A stretch of DNA of 64,000 nucleotides from positions 115,570,001-115,634,000 of the forward strand of contig CM059432.1 in the NCBI GenBank assembly GCA_030390025.1, written 5' to 3'. The position numbers and the translations under genes were made by a program. Below, piece after piece: positions 49,707 to 60,613 of the stretch (the stretch's first letter is position 1; the number at the start of each line of letters is the position of its first letter). Origin of the DNA: Squalus acanthias (Eukaryota). The notes beneath the pieces are model-generated. The model was given only the letters and a program-made list of their open reading frames with translations, was not told where the DNA came from and did no database searches.

Positions 49707-50509
49707 GTGAGTTTGTTGTCACAGGCAAGGTTAATTTCTAATCCTACAGTAAATTGCATTATTACAGCATGCGTTAAATACATTGGACCACTTTTGTTAC
49801 AACCCAGAAGCCTCTTTTCAGATCTGAGAAAGCTGTTTCTAAATGCATATTTCATTTACGTAGATTCATTAACCGTTCTTTAAAGAAATAGTTGTGCATT
49901 AATGCTGCTTTCTTCCATTCATTATGCACAAAGTTCTTGACTGGGTACAACATGGTGTTTCCTCTGATTTAAGGATGGTGCCTTCACATAATAATACATT
50001 GCATCATTATTTTGCATCCTCTTTCTGATCTGTAGTTCAGTTCATAGTTCCAGCAATTTCCAGTCATTGTTGATAAAGCCTAATAATGTTTAGTGCTAAA
50101 GGCTGCTCCTGTCCAGCTCCTCGATCACTGGAATTTCCTGCTCTAGGTTGTCTAACATGGCCTAGGGGCACCGCCCCAGGAAGGACCTAGCATTGACTGA
50201 AGGGGCAAGAAAATGAGGCACAATTGTAGGCCTCCTTGGGCAATCTGGGATGCCACCCCTTTTTCCTAATCTTATGCACCTGAGGGAACTGAATATTCCT
50301 TGGGGCATGTCAGGAAAATCTACCCTCATACTTTCCTATGACTGATGTGACTGAATTATTTTTTACTTCCCTATTCCACTTCTTTCCAGTGTCTGATTAA
50401 CCTGTGGGTTTGTGTTATATTTCGAGAGGGGGATTGAACCAACTGCACAGACCGACTGCAAAGACGTAACAAAGACGTTTTCTCCTTCCTAAAGTAGACA
50501 GAATTAGCT

Positions 50510-52501
50510 TTATTTGTGTGACCAACTGTATTGCTCACCACTTTATTGCATTGGCATCACTGGTAACCTTACCTCTGATTTAAGACACTAGAAAGTGTTC
50601 ACTTTACACATAGGTGATCTGTTGGAGATTAGGCAAACTCACCCTCTAGAGTGGGAATGTCCAACATTCATTCTAGATTTAGCCCATAAGTTCCTTTCAT
50701 CTGGCCCCCACTTCTTGTGGAGTGGCAGGGGTGGGAGCACGAATGCTGTCATCCTGAGAGAGGAAAGCAGGTTCATGCTCCATGGAGCCACTGCCACTCT
50801 CCCGGGCGGCGCCTCAGCAATCCTACTGATCTGTTGGAAAACAGATTGATGGACTGCTGTGAGGCCCTGGAAGCCCCTTTGAACACTGGTATCCAGAGCC
50901 ATGATGGCAGCAGTCTGAGCTTCCACTGCAACACTCAGACTTTTGATGGAGGCTACTTGTGCTGCAATGGAAGCTGTGAGATTGGCCATCAGGCGCTGCA
51001 TCATGGTGGGTTCCACATGGAGGTGACCACCCGTTCCATGCTGGAAACGACAGGCTCCAAGCTTTGTGCAAAGCCCTGTGCTAAGTTAGTGCTGGACTCC
51101 TCCATGCTCCTTGACATTGAGCACAGGCTTTCTGGCAGGCCTTCCAGTGCACCAAGCATTTGGTTATGTACACCCATCAGTCTTCTTCTGTAGCCTGGCC
51201 AATTGAAGTCGTCATCTGATTCGTCTGCAGCAGAATAAGTATGCGACCTTGCCATCTGGCGAGCTGGCACCTGCGCTATCCTTTCCCCCCGCCCTGGCTC
51301 CTGCGCACTTGTGCCCGGTGTTTCACCACGTGCAGATCCCTCCTCTATCATACCCTCTAACATACGCGCAGTGTCAGTCTCTGAGCTGCTGGCTGCAAGT
51401 GGAAGATCGCGTGCCAGTGTTTGTTCATCTTCACTGTCTTTTTCCTCTTCCTCCACTGACTGGGAAGGCTCCAGTTCTTGGGTATCTGAAATGAAAAAGG
51501 GACAAGGCTTGGATTGTGTTGAGGGGAAAGGAGAAAGTAAGAAGTGCATGCTTACATCATCTGCAGCTTCTAAGTTGGAAGAGATTGTGGATGAGGGAGA
51601 AGTGGGATGAGAGAAGGAGGATGAGATATGCAGACACCCTCATCATCGATTGCTTCAGCCCCACCAGTGGCCATGGCCTCAGCGATGCCCCTTCCCATGG
51701 TGGCCATCAAAGTCTCCTCCATGGGGGTTAAAACATGCAGGTGTGCTTGTCCTCCTCCAGTTCTTTGCTGCTGCCTGCTGTTATGTGCCACCTTCTCCTG
51801 CAAGAAAGATGGAAGTATGTCAGTGAGTGTCCTGCAGTATGTTTGGGTGATGTGGCTGTCATGATTGAATAGCTGCCAGTGTGTGCGAGCTGTGAGTTGT
51901 GGGTGCAAGGCTTGCAACAGTGCTAAGTGTGCGAGGGTGAGGTAAAGCATATGAATGTTAGGGTTGAGTACTGATTGATAGAGATTGTTGGTAGGTGGGT
52001 GATGGGGGTGTAATGAATTGAGCAGTGGATGAGGCTAGTGGTGCAGTTGATAGGATATGGCATTTGAAGATAAACTGACTGACCTTGACAACTTGTGTGA
52101 GATCATTAAACTTCTTCCTGCACTGCATCCAGGTTCTTGCAACTATACTGGCATTGACCTCCGCCGCTATCTTTTCCGACTGCCTCCTGAGCATCTGTCT
52201 GGAGGGCCTCTTGCCCCCCTGCAGATGCAGAGCATCTCTCCTCCTTTCCACCAAGACCTCCAGTGCAGTGTCTGAAAACCTTGGTACACGCTCAGGCATG
52301 CTCAGCTCAACACATCAGAGCATAGAATCAGTTTTCAGTTGACTCCCACCACTTCCTGCAGCCACAATGCACCTCCCCTTTAAGAGGTGCAGGCTGCCTT
52401 TAAGTAGTGCTAGCCACTCGCGATATTGGGCTGATGCGTGCAGCCAATGAACAGCATGGGGAGCAATCATATAAAAGAGCAGGCAGCATGATTTTACCCC
52501 C
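50510..52501 (-). mobile_element. Truncated Harbinger retaining a decayed 3-exon Myb/SANT gene (52299-52084, 51797-51638, 51485-about 50640)
   Basis: MPERVPRFSDTALEVLVE...WMQCRKKFNDLTQVVK|GTCAGT; EKVAHNSRQQQRTGGG; acidic and coiled-coil-like exon 3. Right terminus GATTTTACCCCC. Left boundary is approximate. Confidence 0.85.
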
Positions 52502-52961
52502 TTTGTGTCTGACGTTTTGAAATTTTTGTGTACAGGGATCTTGCTTTATTTTGTATAGGTGATATTGCATTTTTTTCTATATGGGGGTTCTGGCTATTTG
52601 TGTGTGGGTGGTGCTACTTTTTTGTGTGTGGGCAAACTCTCCTTTTTATTTGTGGGGTATCGCAATTTTTGTATATGGGGAGTTGCATTTTTGTGTATGT
52701 GAAGCTTGAATATTCCATGCTTGCATTTCTGCAAATTCATACAGCACCCTCACTGGTTTTGACACAGGTGTCCAGCCCCCAGCTCCAAATGGTTTGGCAT
52801 TCTTGCTCTAGAGAATACTGAAGTACAAGTGCCTGTTGAAATTTGTATTCAAACTTGAGTTTTGTAGTCTTGGGTCATCTGATGTAGTTACAAAATGTTT
52901 TCTAATATCTAAGGAGAATATACTTTTTGATAACTCCAAAAACTCATTAATCACATTCTGT

Positions 52962-55029
52962 GGCCGGGAAATTGGAGCCGTTTGTGCTGGCCATTAAGGC
53001 CGGTTTGGAAGAAAATATGCCTTGCTTCCGCCCACTTGCGGCGCAGAACGCGGCGGCTGCCATTTTGGGCAGGTCGGCTATGCTGCCATTGCCTGCGCTC
53101 GCTTCACATATTTAAATGATCCAGATCTGGTATTTTGGATGTCACCGCTCTTAATGTCCTCTCCAAACCATGCACAGCAGAACGTGCGTGCTGCAATATA
53201 ACGGAGCCGCTGCCAGCACTTCTTAAAGGGACACACACATCTTTCAGGTAAGTTTAGATTTTTGCTTTTGGACTAGTTTCTTTACATTTTATTGGAGTAG
53301 TGGCTTGGTGCAATACATTTAAAAAGTTGTTAAAGTGTGCAGGGAGTGCTGCTGGACGTTTGCAAGGTTTTGGCTCTTAAAGGAAGGCCTCTGAGAACAC
53401 CACTTGCTCCCAGTCCTGGGGACTCTAGTTGCAGTCCCTGTTGGGCTGCAGCATGACATGGAGATGGAGCAGAGGCAGCAAAGGGGACAAGCTGCTCGCA
53501 GAGGGAGGAGGAGGAGGAGTAGGAGGAAGCAGAAGAGGAGGAAGCGGAAGGAAGGAGGCAACCCAGACAGCCCCTTTCTGGCCAGGATATCTGGGATCGA
53601 ATCATCTGCCTGCGGTACTAGTGAACACAACCCCAATTCCCCTTTCAACATTTGTCCCACACCTTACCTTCCAACTGTTACTGACCATCACAGCGTCCTC
53701 TTGGCCACAATGCTGAAATAAAAGCCACCACAAAGCACCTCCAATCCAACTTTATCCATATATGCATCCAATATTACATCAAAAAATCAACTAATCACTT
53801 TTGTGCATTCCCTTAGTTATTGTCTTGCATGTGCCTTTGCCTATCCTAGTGCTGTCACGCAGCGCTACCCCAGTGGCTGCAGCGTGGCTGGTGGAAGGCT
53901 GCGGACTTTCAGTGGGGGACACTGCAGATGGCCTTGCAGGACGACCTCTAGGAGCTGGTAGCTGGGAGTGTGAAATCGAGTAACGATGTTTTTCTTCTTC
54001 ACTCTTCTCTCCCTCTTTTTGGTCAACCACTGGCTGGGCAGGCTAGAATTCTTGGGTGTCTGAAATGAGGAAGGCACAAGGGTAGGGTTGTGGTGAGGGA
54101 AGCGGGTAAAGCAAGGGGTGTATGCTGACACCATGTGCAGCTTGTAAATCAGAAGAGATTGTGGGATGAGGAGGAAGAAGGATGTGAGAAGGAGGATAAC
54201 CTATGATGATACCGGCATCTTGTATTCTTTCAGTCTTGCCACTGACTAAGGGCTCAGCCATGCCCCTGCCAAAAATGGCCAGCACCGACTCCTCCAAGGG
54301 GGTGAGGTGAAGCTAGGAATGTGAGCTGTGCCTCGTGTTTGGTAGAGATTGTTGGTAGGTGAGTGATGGGAAGGGGGATTGTGCATTGAGCAGTGTGTGA
54401 GGCTAGTGGTGCAGTTGGTAGGAGATGGCTTTCGAAGATGCATTCACTGACCTTGACCACTCATCTGAGGTCATGAAACATCTTTGGGCACTGGAGCCAG
54501 ATCCTGGGGGGGCAACACTGCTGGCAGTGACGGCATCGGCAATCTGGTCCCACATCCTTCTTTCTGGAGGGCTTCCTGGCCCCCTGTGAGTAGAGGACCT
54601 CTCTTGCAGTGTTGAGCCCCTGCACAAAGCTCGAGTGCTGCGTCCAAGACCCTGGGTGCCCTTTCCCATGCCTGTTGAGCCATTTGTGTTAGTGCTGAAG
54701 CACTTTTACCATTTTTCATCAGCAGAAGGCAGCTCACCTTTGGGAGGTGCAAACTGCTCAGTATTGAAGCACTTATAAACTTTTTTATCTGCAGAAGCGG
54801 GTAGGCTAGCTTTAAGTAAAGCTAGCCTCAGTCCAGCAACGCGAACTTTGGCCCCCTGCTGAGCGCACAGCCTGTCAATAGCGCGTTCAGCACTAAGCTG
54901 TGTGCTACAATCATGATAATTAGCAGGCAGCACAAAATTGACATGCTGCCTGCACTTTTTGAACGGGCGCAGGCATATCTCGCATCGCATTGCCCGCGCC
55001 CGTTTTTGGCGTCACCTAATTTCCCGGCC
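52962..55029 (+). mobile_element. Internally deleted Harbinger element
   Basis: 12-bp perfect TIR GGCCGGGAAATT, flanks TGT/TAT. Transposase N- and C-terminal stubs are fused near 53510. Myb-gene remnants lie on the minus strand (MWDQIADAVTASS; EESVLAIFGRGMAE; PSTSHAAATG). Confidence 0.88.
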
Positions 55030-55544
55030 TATATGTTTTCAAGTTCTGCCTACAGTACTGGACAATGTTATACATGTCTGAGTGTGGCTTGGACTAGACC
55101 AGCTTCGTGTTTTTTCCTTTTTTAATTCCATTTAGAAGACACAGCTTCACAGATGTCATTCTATTTCTTAGCGTTTCACATGCAGTGCCAGACAGTGACA
55201 CACAACACGGGTGACACCCACCATGATGCATTACTGAAATCCTGGGTTTAATGTATCTATTAGTCTATGGATAGGGGAAAAAAAACTTTCTTGGAATCTA
55301 TAGTCTCCCTTGAAGCTTGTTGGTTTTGTACTAATCCTTCAGGTCTGCAGTCACAGAATAAATGAAATAACGTCCTTACATTTACATTATTCTTGCTTCC
55401 AGGCAAGTGGAGAGTATTCCATCACACACCTGACTTGTGCCTTGTAGATGGTGGAACGGCTTTGGGGAGTCGGGAGGTGAGTCACTCGTGCAGACCCAGC
55501 CTCTGACCTGCTCTTGTAGCCACAGTATTTATGCAGCATATGAG

Positions 55545-56042
55545 ACTCTCGCCCCAGGCAGGCGAGGGTCTAATTGAGATTCAAAAGATGGAGTCTGATC
55601 ATATCATTAAGACCACAACCACATTTTAACTGGAAACAGTGCTGGCCTTTCTAGGGAAGCCTGACACTGAGGATCAGGAGGGCCAAAGAGCTTTGTTATT
55701 TTTATTTTTTATTTTTTTAAAGGTTTCTTTGGGGGCCAGAAGGAACAGGACTGCTCCTCTGGGCCCCACAGGAATCCTTGGGCCTCCCATGTCATGGACT
55801 TCCTGCGATTGCTTCGGATTCCTCCCCTTCACTTACCTTGCCGGGAACCGTTCCCACGTGATCCCGACTGCGGCCTCCTGCTGCACTCATACAACTCCCA
55901 TCCAGGGCCTGACTTCATTGATGCTAGGTTCGGAAGAGAGTCGGGTTTGATCTACTTAAATGAGGCCCAAGAGTTAAAATGGCCAGGCCTCATGTCATCG
56001 AGTTTAATGTCCGCCCACTCGCAGTGAGTTAAAATCGGGCTC
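55545..56042. mobile_element. Partial Harbinger-type MITE (one terminus seen)
   Basis: Ends in TTAAAATCGGGCTC, whose reverse complement resembles the GGGCTCGATTTTAA terminus at 56396. The other end was not found. Confidence 0.45.
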
Positions 56043-56311
56043 ATTTTCTAAATGTGGCTTTAACAATGAGTTATACAGCTGAGTTTCTCAGTAAGTGCCT
56101 TCAAGGAAAATCCCAGTACTTGTTCAGCATTGTTGATGACTCCTCTGCATTGAGCAGTTGCTTTCAGTCCAGAGACAATAATCAGTCCTAAATCCTTTCC
56201 CACGTTTATTAATGGACACCCATACATTGTGTAGACAAATTACATATTTTTTTGTTCCAGTGTGCATTATTTTGCTTTTATCTGTATAAATGTCTATTAG
56301 CTATTTATTAA

Positions 56312-56395
56312 ATAAAAACAGAAAATGCTGGAAATACACAGCAGGTCAGGCAGCATCTGTGGAGAGAAAACAGAGTTTCATCGACCTGAAACGTT
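56312..56395 (-). mobile_element. Penelope terminal-repeat fragment with an inverted hammerhead half, cut by the Harbinger at 56396
   Basis: AAAACAGAAAATGCTGGAAATACACAGCAGGTCAGGCAGCATCTGTGGAGAG followed by TCATCGACCTGAAACGTT. Confidence 0.75.
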
Positions 56396-59300
56396 GGGCT
56401 CGATTTTAATAGCCCTGAGGAGGCGGGTCTGTTGGAAAAATTGGGAAAAATGGCTTCAGACACCCAACCCGCCTCCATCCCACCCCCACCCCGATTTTCC
56501 TGAATGTCTGTTTAGCTGCTCCCAAACTGACCCGTCTCCAACGGATAGGACAGGTAGTTAAGGCAGTTAACAGCCTGTTAACTGCCTTGCTAATCCTATT
56601 TTCATCGTGGTTTCCCATTTTCCTGCTTCTGGCTCCTGTTTCCCGACTAGTCAGAAACAGGCCAGGTTCAAGGAGACGAGTTGCTGGAGGACATGATTTG
56701 TATGCATTGGTGGAGCGCTTTAAAAGCGCCCCTGAAACATGGCTGACATTCAAATGCAACAACTTTGCTGTTGTAGGTATGGGATAAAATTTTGCACGTC
56801 TGCTGACCTTCTGACTGTTCAAGCTGACATCCATCTGCAGTGTGGCACGAATGGAATTATTTCAGGCCACTTCGACTGTGCGCTTGCAAGATTGTTACCT
56901 TAAATGAAATCTATAGCAAGGGGATGGGAAACATGCCCCCTCATAATTGAGGGAGTAGCAGCCGCGTGGCTCACCACATATCTTCCTGGGAAGAGGAGTA
57001 GGAGGAGGACGAGAGGAGCCTTGCATGCCCTGTTGTGACCAATGCAGCATCCCTCCAGTTCACTGCTGCCCGTCATCCAGGGTATGCACACTGCCATGCC
57101 ACACTACCATAAGCTTACTCTTCGACCATAGGTGGCCACCATATAGCTCTGTAATTGCAGGCGACATTTGTCCAACGTTATACTTCATCTCTGCTAGACC
57201 CTCTTATTTCCTATCACTTTTACCATCAGCATTACAAATGTAAGTTGCCCTGAGCCCTCAATGCGCTTTTGCCATTTCCCAGAACACATAGGCCACACAA
57301 TCAACTGTTTGACATAATTTATCTTTAACACATGACAAAATATACCAACAACAGTCAGAAAAAAAAGAAACATCACCCAAGTGAGTCCCCTTGTGATTAT
57401 AGGTGCTTAATCTTTCTATTACGCGTGCTTCTATGTGGTGCTTCCCCTGTGGCTTCAGCAGATGTAGAGGCACCTTGCTGACTAGGATGCTGCGCCTGCT
57501 TAGACGCCTTTGGCGGGGGTCCTCTGGGTTTGGGAGCCTGGGAGGGCTCTTCAACAGTCTGCTCTTCCTGCGGCTGTGCAGGGGCTGAAACGGCCATCTC
57601 AGTTGTCTCTGCAAAGTGGGTCTCTGACTAAGGACTCCGTATTGGCATGGTCGTGCGAGCGCTTTGAGAGGAGCCCACACTTCCTTCTGTCCTGCCAACA
57701 ACATCCCTCTCATGGGTCAGCCACACCTCAGTGCTGGCAAGTGGCAGGAGAGCACCTTGCTGACTTCAGGGGGGCCATGAGGACCCGTATCTGCACTGGC
57801 AGTCCTCCTCAAAAGGACATCCATGAAGCTCTGGTCTCTCTGCTCAATAGCTGCCCATCGCTCCTCCAGAGATGTAATTCTATTCTGAACAGTCACCATG
57901 TTTTCCTGACTCTGGCGACTTATTTCCTCCATGGCCGTAGCCATCCTTTCCACGGAAGTTGCCATCCTATCCATGGTGGTGCGTTCATGTGCCATTGCTT
58001 CCACCATGGCAGTGCTGATGTTAGAGATGGACTCCTCCATTCTCTCCACACTCGCACTAACCCTGGAGGCAAACCCTTCCAGAGACTCCTGCACTTGTTC
58101 CTGTATTTCACAAACCGATCTTTTTCTGGATGGCCCCAGAGGCACAGCGTCTGCATGCAGCTCAGCAGAGCTAGGAGAGTCCTGCGACCTCCGAGGATGA
58201 CTCTCCACTGCTGTCACTGTCTCCACCATCTGCTGATGCTCACTTGTGCGCTGTGATAGACCAGGTGGCAACACTACTCTAACTCGCGATGGCCCCACCG
58301 AGGTGTGCGTTGCTGCGCTGGTGCTGGGTGCGCTGAGTCCTGGTGACGCTGGTCCCTCAGAGGCTTCAGGTTCCTCCGAGGAGATGTCCTGGTCTTTGTC
58401 CTGGATTGTGGGGAGGGGGACGCTCGATGGTCCTGTGGGAGAGTAAAGGCATGAATTAGACATCTGATATTGATGTAGCAGACACATCCTTTTGAGCAGA
58501 TGATACAATGCGATTCTCTATGAACATCATATTGCATTGCTTTCTGAGAGGGATGTAAATCTATTATGTCACCAGCTTCCTCTAGTGTACCCGTCTCTCC
58601 ATCGCCCACTTCCAGGTCCTCGCCACCCCCAACAATATCATTTGCTGCCTCCTCAGCACTGGTCAGTGTTGCAAGGGTAGCTGTTCCTCCTCCAGTCATT
58701 GCTCTCTCCCTCTTACTGTGGGCTATCTTTTCCTGCAAGGAGGGACACAAGCGGTGTTTCAGCCACAGTGATGGAGTGAGTGTGATTAATCCCTACCATA
58801 GAAGCTTTGAGTGAGACGAAGATGGGGTAAGGTGCCAAGAGGAAGGTAGCTCCCTGTGTGTTGTTAGTTGTTGTCACTGCATGACAGTGAGAGCGAGTCT
58901 AAAGGGTGCCTAGGCAGGATGCTGAAGTGATTCAGTGCAGAGACAGAGATGGATAGGAAAGGGTTCAAGGGAAGTAAGAGTAAGGTGGGATGTGAAGGAG
59001 GAGGCTTACAACGCAGAGTGCTGGTGATGAGAAGAGAAGGGAAGCAGAGTGAAGGCAAGTGAGATGGGATACTCACTTTTGATGTTCTCACTAGATCATT
59101 AAACCTTTTGCGGCACTGGATCCATGAGCGTGCATAAATGCACCTTGCGTTCACCTCCTGAGCAATGCGCAGCCAGGCTGCCTTGGTCTGCTGAGGAGGC
59201 TTCCTCCAGCCATCAGGAGGGAAGAGAATCTCCCTGCGCCCTCTGACAGCATCCACAAGAACTCATCATTAAAACGAGGAGCTGCTTTGCCTCTGGAAGA

Positions 59301-59428
59301 AGTCATAGCTTTTAAAACAAGTACAGGAAACCACAATGGAAAGGCTTAGGCTGGATGGCAGCTTTAAAAGCAGCTGCTATTATGACGTCATCAGAGGCGG
59401 CCAGCCGATCCGATCCCACTCTTTGAAC
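56396..59428 (-). mobile_element. Diverged Harbinger with a decayed 3-exon Myb/SANT gene (59306-59077, 58732-58573, 58432-57397); right end lost at a CR1 junction
   Basis: Left terminus GGGCTCGATTTTAA. MTSSRGKAAPRFNDE...WLRIAQEVNARC...WIQCRKRFNDLVRTSK|GTGAGT; EKIAHSKRERAMTGGG. No recognisable transposase core remains. Confidence 0.85.
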
Positions 59429-59942
59429 TGGCCAGGAAGGATATATTGGCCTTGGAGGGAGTGCAGCGTAGATTTACCAGAATGATACATGGACTCCAAG
59501 GGTTAAATTACGATGAGAGATTACACAAACTTGGATTGTATTCCCTGGAATTTAGAACGTTGAGGGGTGATTTGATTGAAATTTTCAGGATATTGAGGGG
59601 AACTGGTAGAGCAGAAAGAGAGAAACTATTTCCGCCGGTTGGGGATTCTAGGACTGGGGGCATAGTCTAAAAATTAAAGCCAGACCTTTCAGGAGTGAAA
59701 TTAGGACACACTTCTACACACAAAGGGTGGTAGAAGTTTGTAATTCTCTTCTGCAAATGGCAATTGATGCTAGATCAATTGTTAATTTTAAATCTGAGAT
59801 TGATAGCTTTTTGTTAACCAAAGGTATTAAGGGATCTGGGGCAAAGGCAGGTATATGGAGTTAGGTCACAGATCAGCCATGATCTCATTGAATGGCAGAG
59901 CAGGCTCGAGGGGCTAAGTGGCCTACTCCTGTTCCTATGTTC
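59429..59942 (+). mobile_element. CR1 LINE 3' end
   Basis: LEGVQRRFTRMIHGL...LRGDLIEIFRIL, CR1 tail. Confidence 0.9.
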
Positions 59943-60613
59943 CAGAGAAGTGACATATAAGACATGGCAAAGGATGTTATATAAATAACAGTGACATCAA
60001 AAACATCTTAGCAGATCTATTGACTTTATGATGATTCTTGTTGAAGACCTGTACTTTTATTAGATGTGGAGGAAGCTTCTACAACTCAGGAACAGTGAGC
60101 TTTCTCAAATGGAATATTCTGTTTTTAAACATAATATATGCAACTTTGCACTGTGTGATTTCTCCTTAATCAACATCAGATTAACTTATCATTGATCTCA
60201 TTTGTTGTTTGTGGGACCTTGCTCTGCAAAGTGGCAACTAAGTTTGCCTCCATAACTGATTGCAATTCAAAAAGTCATTAATTGATTCAGGCCATCTTCA
60301 GGATATGACCAGACACTAAATACAGTCCCCACCGAGTATCGCAGGCGCGTTGATGTTTACTTGATTGTCATGCTATACACGGCAGACAATAAAACCAAAA
60401 AGATAAGTAAACAACACATTTAAAAAAAAAAACAAGCCATCTCCATTCAGCAACTGCCTCTCCTACTTGTTAGCTGTTACAACCAGAATCTCATCACTAA
60501 GGCACTTTAACTAGGCGCGAACAGCTGATTGAAACTACTTGACCTTAGCTGAAATCATAGAGCTTTTTAAATCGGTCAGTATAATATAGGGGAATAAAGA
60601 GGCGTAAACAGCT

